64,000 bases of DNA, from positions 5,265 to 69,264 of the forward strand of contig DASRDP010000150.1 in assembly GCA_035652535.1 (NCBI GenBank), in the 5' to 3' direction. The translations under genes and the position numbers were made by a program. Within the stretch, counting starts at the first letter, position 1, and each line of letters begins with the position of its first letter. The DNA comes from Chloroflexota bacterium. GTDB lineage: Bacteria > Chloroflexota > UBA6077 > SHYK01. The notes under the pieces are model-generated. The model saw only the letters and a list, made by a program, of their open reading frames with translations. It searched no databases and was not told where the DNA came from. This document shows, piece by piece, positions 48,550 through 58,414 of this stretch.

Positions 48550-49509
48550 ATGGCGATCGGCGGCACCCGCGTCGTCGCGCTCGAGGAGCATTACTGGGAC
48601 CCGGACGTCATCAAGCACTACGGCGGCCCGGGGCGAGACGCCGAGCTGCAGCGGCGGCTCCTGGATCTTGGCGAGCTGCGGATCCGGGAAATGGACGAAG
48701 CGGGCATCGATTTCCAGGTGATCTCCCACGCAAACCCCGGCGTGCAGCGGATGGACGCTGCGACCGCGGTGCCCCTCGCGCGCCAGGCGAACGACGGCCT
48801 CGCCGAGCTGATCTCGGCCTATCCCGACCGTCTCGCGGGGTTCGCGACGTTGCCGACGCCGGACCCCGCCGCTGCCGCCGACGAGCTGGAGCGAACGGTG
48901 GCCGAGCTGGGGTTCAAGGGCGCGATGGTCAACGGGCCCACGAATGGGGTGTTTTTCGACGATCGCCACTTCTGGCCCATATGCGAACGGGCGCAAGCTC
49001 TCGACGTGCCCATCTACCTACACCCAGCGGCGCCCCATCCGGCCGTCGTCGACGCGTATTACCGGGACTACCTGGGCGATTTTCCCGCCCTTTCGGCCGC
49101 TGCATGGGGGTTCATGGTCGAGACCGCGACCGAAGCGATTCGGTTGATACTGAGCGGCATGTTCGATGCCTATCCGAACCTCAAGGTCATCCTCGGCCAC
49201 ATGGGGGAGGCCGTCCCCTTCGCCCTTTGGCGCATCGACCACAGCCTTTCCCGGCCGGGCAATAAGCCGATTCGCTTCCGCGAGCAGTTCTGCAGCCACT
49301 TCTACGTAACGACCAGCGGCTTCTTTTCAACGCCGGCGCTGCAGTGCTGTCTGTTGGAAATGGGGGTCGATCGTGTCCTCTTCTCCGTGGACTATCCGTT
49401 CGAAGAGAACGCGCCCGGTACGCGATGGTTTGAGCACGTGCAGGTGAGCCCCGACGATCGAGAGAAGATCTTGAACGGCAACGCGTCGCGGCTGCTCAAG
49501 CTCGGATGA
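48550..49509 (+). CDS. Amidohydrolase_2-family protein (second paralog in the window)
   Basis: LEEHYW start, then ISHANPG...LHPAAP...GHMGE...DYPFE, the TIM-barrel metal-dependent hydrolase pattern. Confidence 0.75.
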   Translation: MAIGGTRVVALEEHYWDPDVIKHYGGPGRDAELQRRLLDLGELRIREMDEAGIDFQVISHANPGVQRMDAATAVPLARQANDGLAELISAYPDRLAGFATLPTPDPAAAADELERTVAELGFKGAMVNGPTNGVFFDDRHFWPICERAQALDVPIYLHPAAPHPAVVDAYYRDYLGDFPALSAAAWGFMVETATEAIRLILSGMFDAYPNLKVILGHMGEAVPFALWRIDHSLSRPGNKPIRFREQFCSHFYVTTSGFFSTPALQCCLLEMGVDRVLFSVDYPFEENAPGTRWFEHVQVSPDDREKILNGNASRLLKLG

Positions 49510-49643
49510 GGTGTCTGCGTCGCGATCGGATCTATCGACCGATCCTATCGCGGCTCCATCGCCGCGGCGGCGGCGCACCCGGGCGCCAGCAGCGCCCGAT
49601 TGACAGGCCCCTGGGTTTTGGTAGTATCTCCGGCGGGGATTGA

Positions 49644-49717
49644 TGCGGAGTGGTGAAGCGGTATCACAGGGGACTTTGGATCCCTTGTCCCAGGTTCGAA
49701 TCCTGGCTCCGCAGCCA
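49644..49717 (+). tRNA. tRNA-Gln (TTG anticodon)
   Basis: TGCGGAGTGGTGAAGCGGTATCACAGGGGACTTTGGATCCCTTGTCCCAGGTTCGAATCCTGGCTCCGCAGCCA. U1-A72 pair, anticodon loop CTTTGGA, 3' CCA. Confidence 0.85.
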
Positions 49718-49777
49718 TGATCGCCACTCCCCTCGCCAGAGACGGCGCCCATCCTTTGGCGGACGTTTCGGGAGGGA

Positions 49778-51205
49778 TTGCCCCGATTGACTGCTGACAC
49801 CCCGCCAGGGCCACGCGCTCCATCGGCCGCAGCGATCATCTTGGCCGGCGGCCGGGGAGTCCGGATGCAGTCAGTTCTCCCTAAGGTCCTCCATGCGGTG
49901 GGCGGGACCCCGATGATTCTCCGCGTCGTCCAGGCAGCCCGTGCGGCCGGTGTTGATGAGATCGTCGTCGTGGTTGGGAAGGACGGCGACGCCGTTCGCG
50001 CCGCCATCGGTGGCGACGTCCGCGTGGCGGTGCAGCATGAGCCGCTGGGCACCGGCGACGCGGTCCGGGTGGCACTGGGCGCCCTGCCCTCCGACTTCGA
50101 TCGCCTGATCGTCCTGGGTGCCGACACCCCCCTGATCACGGCCGCCACGCTGCAGCGCATGCTCCGTCAGGTGCCGCCGAGCGCTATCGCGCTCCTGGCC
50201 GGCAGGATCGCGGACCCATCCGGATATGGGCGCGTGGTGAGCGACGGCTTCGGCCACGCCCTGCGGATCGTTGAGGAGCCGGATGCGACGGCCGAGCAGC
50301 GATCGATCGATCTCGTCAACGGGATGGTGTTCGTCTTTCACGGGCGATGGCTTCGCGCGGAGCTGCCTGGCCTTCGGCCGTCGCCGGGCGGGGAGGTCTA
50401 CCTGACCGCTCTCGTAGATCGGGCCGCCGATTCCGGGCGGAGCGTCGACATTGTCGAGGCTACCGACATCGGAGAAATTCTGGGCGTGAACACGCGCCGC
50501 CAATTGGCGGCGGCGGAGGCGCTGCTGCGGGAGCGCGTGCACAACCGCCTGATGGACGCCGGGGTCACGGTGCTCGATCCCGCGTCGACCTTCGTGGAAG
50601 AATCGGCGGTTTTCGGACACGACATCGTGCTTCATCCTCACACGTACGTTCGGGGCCGGTCAATCGTCGGAGATGGGTGCGTGTTGGGGCCGGGCGCGGA
50701 GATCATCAACTGCCGACTGGGGGTGGGGGCCCGAGTTTGGTGGTCGGTCGTCGAGGAGGCGGAGATCGGCGACGGCGTGACGATCGGGCCATATGCGCGG
50801 GTGCGGGCGGGCACTGCCCTGGCGCCCGGGGTGGCATTGGGAAGCTTCGCCGAGGTGAAAAATAGCTCGCTCGGGCCGCGGACGCAGATGCACCATTTTG
50901 GGTATGTCGGCGACGCTGAGGTGGGCGCCGACGTGAACATCGGCGCCGGTGCAGTCACGTGTAACTTCGACGGGCGCGAGAAGCACCGAACGGTTATTGG
51001 AGAGGGGGCCTTCATTGGCAGCGATACAATGCTGGTCGCGCCGGTAACGGTCGGGACTGGAGCGGTCACCGGCGCAGGGTCGGTCGTGACGCGTGACGTT
51101 GCCGACCATCAGACGGTAGTCGGGGTTCCAGCCCGAATGTTTCGCCGGAAGAACGCGGATGCCGCGGGGCCCGATCCCGCGAACGCTCCACCGGAGAACG
51201 AATGA
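49778..51205 (+). CDS. glmU: Bifunctional UDP-GlcNAc pyrophosphorylase / GlcN-1-P acetyltransferase GlmU
   Basis: N-terminal NTP-transferase (ILAGGRGVRM) and C-terminal left-handed beta-helix acetyltransferase hexapeptide repeats. The exact start is uncertain; the track uses TTG. Confidence 0.88.
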   Translation: MPRLTADTPPGPRAPSAAAIILAGGRGVRMQSVLPKVLHAVGGTPMILRVVQAARAAGVDEIVVVVGKDGDAVRAAIGGDVRVAVQHEPLGTGDAVRVALGALPSDFDRLIVLGADTPLITAATLQRMLRQVPPSAIALLAGRIADPSGYGRVVSDGFGHALRIVEEPDATAEQRSIDLVNGMVFVFHGRWLRAELPGLRPSPGGEVYLTALVDRAADSGRSVDIVEATDIGEILGVNTRRQLAAAEALLRERVHNRLMDAGVTVLDPASTFVEESAVFGHDIVLHPHTYVRGRSIVGDGCVLGPGAEIINCRLGVGARVWWSVVEEAEIGDGVTIGPYARVRAGTALAPGVALGSFAEVKNSSLGPRTQMHHFGYVGDAEVGADVNIGAGAVTCNFDGREKHRTVIGEGAFIGSDTMLVAPVTVGTGAVTGAGSVVTRDVADHQTVVGVPARMFRRKNADAAGPDPANAPPENE

Positions 51206-52149
51206 TGGAATACGAGCGACAGCTGCAGCTCTTCAGCGGCAACTCCAACATGGCGCTCGCCCGCAACGTCGCAAAATGTCTTGGCATCCCGCTGGGCAGC
51301 GCGCTGGTGGGGCAATTTGCGAACGCGGAAACGCGGATTCGGATCGAAGAGAACGTGCGCGGGTCGGACGTTTTCGTGCTGCAGTCGCTCTCGATTCCTG
51401 TCGACCACAACATCATCGAGCTCTTGCTGATGATCGATGCGCTCAAGCGGGCATCAGCGCGGCGAATTACGGCGGTGATCCCCTACTACGCGTACGCCAA
51501 GCAGGAGAAGAAGATGGCCGGGCGAGAGCCGATCTCGGCCAAGCTCGTGGCCAACATGCTGACGACCGCCGGCGTGAGCCGCGTGTTGACGATCGATCTT
51601 CACGCGCCGGCCATCGAGGGATTCTTCGACATCCCCGTGGATCATCTGCGGGCGGCGCCGATTCTGGTGGACCACTTCCGAAAGCTCGGCTCGGACAACA
51701 TGGTCGTCGTGTCGCCCGACGCGGGCGGCGTGGGGCGCGCCAACGACTTTCGCCAGCGCCTAGCGGCGCCCCTGGCCATCATCGCCAAGCAGCGGCCGCG
51801 ACCGGACGTCGCCGAGGTGCTCGAGATGGTTGGCGACGTGCGGGGCAAGACCGCTGTGATCTTCGACGACATGATCTCGACGGGCGGCACGATGATCGAA
51901 GCCGCGGACGTGCTGCGCGCCCGCGGCGCGGTGGATGTGCTCGCCTGCGCGACGCACCCGGTCTTTGCCAATGGCGCGCTCGACGCGCTTCTGGACTCCG
52001 CGCTGAGCGAGCTGGTCATCACGGACACCGTCCCATTGCCGGATGACCGGAGCGATCCGAAGATTCGCGTCGTCACCGTCGCGCCACTCCTCGCAGAGTC
52101 CATCCGGCGAATCCACGAAAACAGATCGGTCAGTGAGCTCTTCGACTGA
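51202..52149 (+). CDS. prs: Ribose-phosphate pyrophosphokinase
   Basis: LFSGNSNMALARNVAK, the PRPP-binding site VIFDDMISTGGT and the DLHAPAIEGFFDIPVDHL motif. glmU-prs synteny. Confidence 0.92.
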   Translation: MMEYERQLQLFSGNSNMALARNVAKCLGIPLGSALVGQFANAETRIRIEENVRGSDVFVLQSLSIPVDHNIIELLLMIDALKRASARRITAVIPYYAYAKQEKKMAGREPISAKLVANMLTTAGVSRVLTIDLHAPAIEGFFDIPVDHLRAAPILVDHFRKLGSDNMVVVSPDAGGVGRANDFRQRLAAPLAIIAKQRPRPDVAEVLEMVGDVRGKTAVIFDDMISTGGTMIEAADVLRARGAVDVLACATHPVFANGALDALLDSALSELVITDTVPLPDDRSDPKIRVVTVAPLLAESIRRIHENRSVSELFD

Positions 52150-52232
52150 AGACACGGCTGGATCCGAGACCGCAAACGAGATAGCGCCGAAACGTATCTC
52201 CGCGCTGACCGGCGCCACTCGACGGTAGGCGA

Positions 52233-53477
52233 ATGTCGATTCTTCTCGCTTGGCTCGCCGTGTTCCTGCTGCTCGCAGTCCTCGCAGCCGCGGGGCAGTC
52301 CGCCTTCGGCTACCTAAATGCGACACGCATGCGCCGGCTGCTTCAGCAGGGCGCCACGCGTTCCCAGGCCATGTTCGAGGTCGTCCAGCACCCGGCGCCG
52401 GTGCTCACCAGCATTGCCCTGCTCCAGTCCCTCTCAATCGCCGGCGCGACGGCGACGACGATCCTCTTCATCCAGAGGTACGTATCCGACACGCCGGTCC
52501 GGGTCATAACGGTTGTTGTGGTGGTGACCCTCGTCCTCGCGGCCCAGTCGTTGGGTCGTCGACTCGCCACCATTCGCCCAGAGCGTGCCGCGACCATCCT
52601 CTATGGCCCGCTGCGCACGATCGGGCTGGTGACGATGCCGCTGTACTGGCCCTGGTATCTCCTGGCTGACCGCGCGCTCCGCACGATCGTGAAAGGAGAG
52701 CCAGAGGACCGCGTGGCGGCTACGGAAGAGGACCTTCGAATCCTCGTGGACGCGGTGGAGGAGACCGAGGCCCTGGAAGAAGAGGAGCGGGAGATGATCA
52801 CCAGTATCTTCGAGCTGAGTGACCGCGATGTGCGGGAGATCATGGTGCCGAGACCCGACGTCGTCGCGGCTGAAGCGTCCATGAGTGTCGCGCAGGCCGT
52901 GGACCTCCTCGTATCCACCGGACATTCCCGCGTACCCGTGTACGAGGGCGACGTGGACCACATTCTCGGAATCGTGCATCTTCGCGACCTGACAGAAGCG
53001 TTGCGGGATGGCCGTGGCGATGACGCCGTCGCCAGCGCGGCCCGGCCGGTGCACGTTGTCCCCGAGACGAAAAAGATTGACGAGATGCTCCACGATTTCC
53101 AGACGCAGCATCTTCAGCTCGCCGTCGTGGTCGACGAATACGGCGGAACGGCGGGCCTCGTCACCATCGAGGACCTGCTCGAGGAGATCGTTGGGGAGAT
53201 CCACGATGAGTACGACGTCGTGCAGGAGCGAATCCAGCGAATTTCCGACAACGAGGCCATTCTCGACGCCGGCATCAGCATCCACGACGCGAACGAGGCG
53301 CTCAACCTTAACCTCGACGCGGCCGAATACGAGACCATCGGGGGTTTGATCTACGATCGCATGGGAAAGGTCCCGTCCGTGGGTGACGTGGTGGAGGCGG
53401 ACCACTGTACATTTCGGGTGCTCGCGACCAAAGGGCGCCGCGTCCAAAGAGTTCACGTTGCTGTCATGGAGCATTGA
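52233..53477 (+). CDS. CNNM/CorC/TlyC-family transporter (second paralog)
   Basis: Same DUF21-CBS-CorC_HlyC architecture as the gene at 19770. Confidence 0.85.
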   Translation: MSILLAWLAVFLLLAVLAAAGQSAFGYLNATRMRRLLQQGATRSQAMFEVVQHPAPVLTSIALLQSLSIAGATATTILFIQRYVSDTPVRVITVVVVVTLVLAAQSLGRRLATIRPERAATILYGPLRTIGLVTMPLYWPWYLLADRALRTIVKGEPEDRVAATEEDLRILVDAVEETEALEEEEREMITSIFELSDRDVREIMVPRPDVVAAEASMSVAQAVDLLVSTGHSRVPVYEGDVDHILGIVHLRDLTEALRDGRGDDAVASAARPVHVVPETKKIDEMLHDFQTQHLQLAVVVDEYGGTAGLVTIEDLLEEIVGEIHDEYDVVQERIQRISDNEAILDAGISIHDANEALNLNLDAAEYETIGGLIYDRMGKVPSVGDVVEADHCTFRVLATKGRRVQRVHVAVMEH

Positions 53478-53587
53478 GCGGGGCGCGGCCGCCCATCCGG
53501 TAGAATCGGGCAGCAGCGGCGCCAGTACGCCGACCGTCTATCGAACAAGGCGGACTGGCGCGCATTCCGCATGTTGGGGAGGGTCGG

Positions 53588-54301
53588 GTGCTCGAAGGAC
53601 AGGCGGTATTGGTCACCGGTGGCTCGCAGGGCATTGGACGGTATATCGCCCATTCGTTTGCCCGCGCAGGGGCCCGCGTTGCTGTTGCGGACATCGGCCC
53701 GACCGACACGGTCGTTGGAGAGCTTCAGGACCTTACGAGCGACGCCATGGGCGTCAAAGCTGACGTGCGAAACGAACAGGACGTCCGCTCCATGGTGGAC
53801 CAGGTCGTTAGCCGCTTCGGGCAGATCGATGTGCTGGTCAACAACGCGGGTATCGTTCCCCATTTTCAGTGGGGCGTGCCGCAATGGCCCCGCATTCGCG
53901 ATATGGAGCAGAGCTTCTGGGACCGCGTGATCGGGACGAACCTGGGGGGGACGTTCCTCTGTACGAAGCACGTGCTCCCGCACATGGAGAGCAGGCGCTC
54001 CGGCCACGTCATCAGCTTGCACGGCGGAGGGGGGAACCGAGCCTGTGCCTACGTGGTCTCCAAGGAGGCAATCGTCGTTTTCACGCGGTACGTCGCGGAG
54101 GAGGAGCGCGAATTCAACGTGTGCGTCGTCGCGATGGGCCCTGGGGGGCCGATCGCGCACGAGCTGGCTCCGGAGGAGGCGCGGCAGCGAATGTCGGGGG
54201 TAGACATTATCGGCGATCGATTCGTTCTCGCCGCGCAGGCCGACATGGCGCTTTCCGGCAAGCTCCTCACGTTCACGGACGGCAAGCTTCAGGCGACCTG
54301 A
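53588..54301 (+). CDS. Short-chain dehydrogenase/reductase (SDR)
   Basis: TGGSQGIGR Rossmann motif, NNAG, catalytic YxxxK (YVVSK). GTG start. Confidence 0.8.
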   Translation: MLEGQAVLVTGGSQGIGRYIAHSFARAGARVAVADIGPTDTVVGELQDLTSDAMGVKADVRNEQDVRSMVDQVVSRFGQIDVLVNNAGIVPHFQWGVPQWPRIRDMEQSFWDRVIGTNLGGTFLCTKHVLPHMESRRSGHVISLHGGGGNRACAYVVSKEAIVVFTRYVAEEEREFNVCVVAMGPGGPIAHELAPEEARQRMSGVDIIGDRFVLAAQADMALSGKLLTFTDGKLQAT

Positions 54302-54339
54302 CCGCCGGCGATGCGGCGGACGTGAGTCGCGAGGCGGAG

Positions 54340-54747
54340 ATGCAGGGACGTCAGCGCCGGATCCTGGTCGTTGAAGACGACCCGACAACGTCGGACATCC
54401 TGCGAATTCTGCTCGAGGATAGTGGCTGTTCGATCGTCACCGCTGAAAACGGCGAGGAGGCGCTGCGGCGAGCTCAGGAGGGGGACGTCGACCTTATCAC
54501 ACTGGACCTTGGCCTGCCCGGCATCGACGGTCGTGAGCTGCTTCGTCGCTTTCGGGATGAGCCGAACACGGCCCGCGTGCCGGTCATCGTGATCACCGGC
54601 ATGTGGTTCGACACGGACCGCAGCGGCGACGTGGCGGCGGTCCTGGAGAAGCCGTTCGACGCCGAGGAGCTGGAGAAGGCGGTCCGTCAGGTGCTCGAGC
54701 TCCATCCGAACCGCACGAGCCGTCCGCAGGCGCCTCCTCAGTCGTAG
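54340..54747 (+). CDS. Single-domain response regulator (CheY-like receiver)
   Basis: ILVVEDDP and DLITLDLGLPGIDG, with the phospho-acceptor Asp in LITLD. Start at ATG 54340 after a GAGGCGGAG Shine-Dalgarno. The upstream part of the track ORF is junk. Confidence 0.8.
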   Translation: MQGRQRRILVVEDDPTTSDILRILLEDSGCSIVTAENGEEALRRAQEGDVDLITLDLGLPGIDGRELLRRFRDEPNTARVPVIVITGMWFDTDRSGDVAAVLEKPFDAEELEKAVRQVLELHPNRTSRPQAPPQS

Positions 54748-56330
54748 ACAGTGCTGGAATAGGTCGCGACATCGACAAATGCCTCGATGACGCTCGGTCC
54801 GCCGAGGTTAAGGCCCCAATCCACCGCCTGCTCCAGTTCACCAATCGTTCGGGCTGCGCGTACCGGTACCCCGAAGTAGTGGGCCGGTGGCTCGACCCTG
54901 GGACCCAGCTCAACGCCCGAGTACGAATACCCCTTGCGCTCCTGTTTCACTTTGATGAGGCCCAGCCACCCGTCGTTCAAAACGACGATGGGAACGGCGA
55001 GATGAAGGCGACGGGCGAGCGCCAGCTCGCCGACGGTCATCTGAAAGCACCCGTCGCCGACGATTCCGACGACGACCCGGGAAGGGTGGACGAGCTTCGC
55101 TGCGAACGCGGCCGGCAGCCCGAAGCCCATCGATGACCAGCCATTGGTGGAGATCGCGCTCCAGGCCTCGTCGGTCCGCCACTGCGTCGCGATCTGGTGC
55201 GTATGCGCGCCGACGTCATACGCCAGAATCCCGTCGGGGGGAAGGGCGCGTCGGATGCAATCGACCACGTGGTGGGTCGCAAGGGCCGCGCTCTCAGGGC
55301 GAAGCTCTCGATCGAGGCGCGCTCGATGCACTTCCCATTCTGAGCGGTTCCAGGCGTTTGGGACGCGGGAGAGCTCCGCCATACGCTCGATTGCCGCGCC
55401 GAGGTCGCCGACGAGGTTCTGAACCGAGAGCCGTGGATCGACGTCAGCCACCTCGGTGCTGATGTGCAGCACGGGCTGGCTGTCGATCCAGTCCTCATAG
55501 TTGATCTCCACGGGATCGAATCCCACGGCAATGACGAGATCGGCGCGGCGGACAAAGTCCTGCACGGTCGACCGACGTGCGCGCCCCAGCGTGCCGGCCC
55601 ACGCCGGGTGCGATTCAGGCAAGAATCCCTTGGCGTGCATCGTGGTCACGAACGGGATGCGCTGTCGATCCAAGAAGTCGAGCAGGCGCGACCGATTCGG
55701 CGCGCGCGTGAACCCGAGGCCGACGGCGACGAGCGTGCGCTGCGCCTGCCCCAGCGCCCGGAGGACGGCGGTGGCGGTCGCTCGGGATGTATCGAGCGGA
55801 CGCTCGGGCTCCTCGGCGCCCGCCAAATTGCCGAGGGCTGGCGCGAGGGCGACGTCTTCGGGGAGGTCGAGATGGACAGGGCCTGGTGGCTCGGCGCCCG
55901 CGACCTGAAATGCGCGATCGAGCTGGCTGGCGACGTTGGAGGTCCGCAGGGGAAGGCTGGCTTTGGCGATGGGCGCGAAGAGCGCGTGATGGTCGATGCG
56001 CATCTGGACGCGGCGGTCGAGCCATGACGTGGGCACGTTGCACGTCAGGGCGAGGACCGGCGCGCGATCCAGCCACGCAGCGCCGACCCCCGTCGCGAGG
56101 TTCGTCGCGCCGGGGCCCAGCGTCGCGACGCATACGCCCGGGGTCCCGGTGAGCTGGCCAACCGTGGTCGCCATGAATCCGGCGGACGTCTCGCTTGCGG
56201 TGAGGACGTAGTCAACGTCGCTCGTTCGGAGCGCCTCGATGAGCGGTAGCACGGGTCCGCTGGGAACACCGAACACCCAGCGGACGCCTGCCGATTCGAG
56301 GCGCCTCGCGATGAGCTCCGCGTTGTTCAT
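54738..56330 (-). CDS. Thiamine pyrophosphate-dependent enzyme, acetolactate synthase large-subunit-like
   Basis: TPP_enzyme N, M and C domains (GVPSGPVLPLIEAL...GDGCFQM...LNDG). Start at MNNAELIARRL. Confidence 0.8.
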   Translation of the reverse strand: MNNAELIARRLESAGVRWVFGVPSGPVLPLIEALRTSDVDYVLTASETSAGFMATTVGQLTGTPGVCVATLGPGATNLATGVGAAWLDRAPVLALTCNVPTSWLDRRVQMRIDHHALFAPIAKASLPLRTSNVASQLDRAFQVAGAEPPGPVHLDLPEDVALAPALGNLAGAEEPERPLDTSRATATAVLRALGQAQRTLVAVGLGFTRAPNRSRLLDFLDRQRIPFVTTMHAKGFLPESHPAWAGTLGRARRSTVQDFVRRADLVIAVGFDPVEINYEDWIDSQPVLHISTEVADVDPRLSVQNLVGDLGAAIERMAELSRVPNAWNRSEWEVHRARLDRELRPESAALATHHVVDCIRRALPPDGILAYDVGAHTHQIATQWRTDEAWSAISTNGWSSMGFGLPAAFAAKLVHPSRVVVGIVGDGCFQMTVGELALARRLHLAVPIVVLNDGWLGLIKVKQERKGYSYSGVELGPRVEPPAHYFGVPVRAARTIGELEQAVDWGLNLGGPSVIEAFVDVATYSSTVYD

Positions 56331-56359
56331 GGGTGGCCGCCGGTCACGGGGCAATCGAC

Positions 56360-56665
56360 TTACGAGCCGAGGCGATTACACCGAGGATACGCGCCATGCT
56401 CACTGAGATGCTGGCGCAATAGCTCGGCGCGTCGCTCGGACGGCGAACGGTCCCCGCGGATGATCTCGATTTGAAAATGTGTGGCCTTCTGCGTGCAGTT
56501 CCCCTTCCGATGCGCCACGAGTCGGGCACGGAGGCCCGGCACATCCGTGGACCACCCGTAGAAGATCACCTCGTCGCCATCGAGGAGCGCGTACACACCG
56601 GCCCCGGTCGATACCTGGGCCAGGTTCGTGTCGGTGTACAGGAGGTGTGGGCCGAGGAGCGCCAT
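56360..56665 (-). CDS. Small GIY-YIG-like domain protein
   Basis: GVYALLDGDEVIFYGWSTDVPGLRARLVAHRKG...FQIEI matches the GIY...YIG...R...H...E pattern. Start at ATG 56665 (MALLGPHLL). Confidence 0.5.
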   Translation of the reverse strand: MALLGPHLLYTDTNLAQVSTGAGVYALLDGDEVIFYGWSTDVPGLRARLVAHRKGNCTQKATHFQIEIIRGDRSPSERRAELLRQHLSEHGAYPRCNRLGS

Positions 56666-56765
56666 TGAGTCCTCTTTTCGGGGAATGATACGGCGCTCGC
56701 TGCTCCACCGCGAAGGGACCGGGCTCGATCGGTTTCGCGCGCGGCAAAGCTTCCCGCGAGTTCGA

Positions 56766-58037
56766 CTACAGGGAGTTGGCAGCCGCGCGAGCCGCGCGGC
56801 CGAGCAACAAGGCGCGCTCCCGCGCATTTCGCGTGAGAGACGCGGCACGGGCGAACTCGGCGCTCGCCTCGCTGGTTCGACCGAGCTGGCTCAGCAGCTC
56901 CCCACGCACGCTCGGCAGGAGATGATACGTGCGCAACGACGGCTCACCTCGAAGCGCATCGACGATGGCGAGCCCCGATTCCGGGCCGAATGCCTTGGCA
57001 ACCGCCACCGCGCGGTTCAACTCGACGACCGGCGATGGTGCCGTTTGGGCGAGCGCATCGTAGAGGGCGGCGATCTTTGCCCAGTCCGTCTCCTCCGGGG
57101 TGCGGGCCCGGGCGTGGCATGCCGCGATGGCTGCCTGAAGCCCATATGGACCGAGGGCGCCACCCAGGGCCTCGGCCCGGGCCAGCGCGGCGAGGCCGCG
57201 ATGGATCAGGATGCGATCCCAGCGACCTCGGTCCTGATCGAGGAGCAGGACCGGCTCTCCGCCGGGACCAACGCGAGCGCGCATGCGCGAGGCCTGAATC
57301 TCCATCAGCGCGACGAGACCGTGGACCTCGGACTCGTCGGGCGTCAGCTCTGCGAGGACGCGGCCGAGCCGCAAAGCATCCTCGCAGAGGCCGGGCCGCA
57401 TCCAGTCGTCCCCGGCGGTTGCCGCGTAGCCCTCGTTGAAGATGAGGTAGATAACCTCGAGTACGGAGGTGAGTCGCGCGGCCAGCTCAGGCCCACGGGG
57501 CACCTCGAACGCCACATGGGCCGCTGCGAGCGTTCGCTTTGCCCGGACGATCCGCTGGGCAACGGTGGCTTCCGGGACCAGAAAGGCCCGCGCGATCTCA
57601 TCGGTCGTGAGGCCGCCCAGGAGGCGCAGGGTGAGCGCCACCCGCGCCTCCGTCGAAAGGACCGGATGGCACGCGGTGAAGATGAGGCGCAAGAGATCGT
57701 CATCGATCTCGTCATCGACTGACTCATCGATGGACGCGGTGTCCCATTGGCCCGCGTCCGCAATAGCACGGCCGATGAGCTCGTGCTTGCGCTCGAGGCG
57801 GGCGGAACGGCGGAAGTGATCGACGGCGCGATGCTTCGCCGTCGCCATGAGCCATGCCCCCGGCTTGTTCGGGATGCCGTCCTCGGGCCACTGCTCCAGG
57901 GCGGCGACCAAGGCGTCCTGCGCGAGGTCTTCGGCCAGCCCGACATCGCGGACGAACCGCGCGAGCCCGGCGATGAGGCGTGGGGCCTCTATGCGCCAGA
58001 CCGCTTCTATGGCAGGCCGGATGTCGGGCTGGCTCAC
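56766..58037 (-). CDS. ECF-type sigma-70 factor with a long C-terminal extension
   Basis: Sigma region 2 (DLAQDALVAALEQWP), region 4 (LGGLTTDEIARAFLVPEATVAQRIVRAKRTL) and a ~200-aa C-terminal domain. Start is tentatively GTG 58037; the N-terminus of the track ORF is Arg/Ser-rich junk. Confidence 0.75.
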   Translation of the reverse strand: MSQPDIRPAIEAVWRIEAPRLIAGLARFVRDVGLAEDLAQDALVAALEQWPEDGIPNKPGAWLMATAKHRAVDHFRRSARLERKHELIGRAIADAGQWDTASIDESVDDEIDDDLLRLIFTACHPVLSTEARVALTLRLLGGLTTDEIARAFLVPEATVAQRIVRAKRTLAAAHVAFEVPRGPELAARLTSVLEVIYLIFNEGYAATAGDDWMRPGLCEDALRLGRVLAELTPDESEVHGLVALMEIQASRMRARVGPGGEPVLLLDQDRGRWDRILIHRGLAALARAEALGGALGPYGLQAAIAACHARARTPEETDWAKIAALYDALAQTAPSPVVELNRAVAVAKAFGPESGLAIVDALRGEPSLRTYHLLPSVRGELLSQLGRTSEASAEFARAASLTRNARERALLLGRAARAAANSL

Positions 58038-58050
58038 GGAACGCGACCGG

Positions 58051-58404
58051 TCACGCGAAGTCGGACGGCTCGTACATCTGGTAGAGATCCACCTCGCCAC
58101 CGCCGATGAGGTTGAGGAACTCAGTGGTGCGTTCGATGGCCTCTTCCTTCGAGGTGACCTGGAGGATCGCATAGCTCGCGATCAACTCTTTGGACTCGGT
58201 GAAGGGGCCGTCGGTGATGCTGCGTCGGCCACTCGCGACCCGCACCGTGGTGGCCTTCGAGCTTCCCTGGAGACCCTCGGTTGCGACCAGCCAGCCGTTC
58301 TTCTTGGCCTCGTCGATATATTGTCCCATCCGGCCGAAGTCATCCGCGTTGGGAACATAGTTCTCGGTGTCCTTGTTGCCCTTGAGAAGCGCCATGTAGC
58401 GCAT
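58051..58404 (-). CDS. YciI-like / DGPF-domain protein
   Basis: MRYMALLKGNK...TDGPFTESKELIASYAILQVTSKEEAIE. Contains the DGPF motif. Confidence 0.75.
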   Translation of the reverse strand: MRYMALLKGNKDTENYVPNADDFGRMGQYIDEAKKNGWLVATEGLQGSSKATTVRVASGRRSITDGPFTESKELIASYAILQVTSKEEAIERTTEFLNLIGGGEVDLYQMYEPSDFA

Positions 58405-58414
58405 CGGCCCCCTC

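Noticed and set aside
49545-49823. 92-aa minus-strand ORF
   Set aside because: It overlaps the tRNA-Gln gene and the glmU start region, with no supporting signals.
56628-57722. 364-aa plus-strand ORF
   Set aside because: Antisense to the ECF sigma factor.
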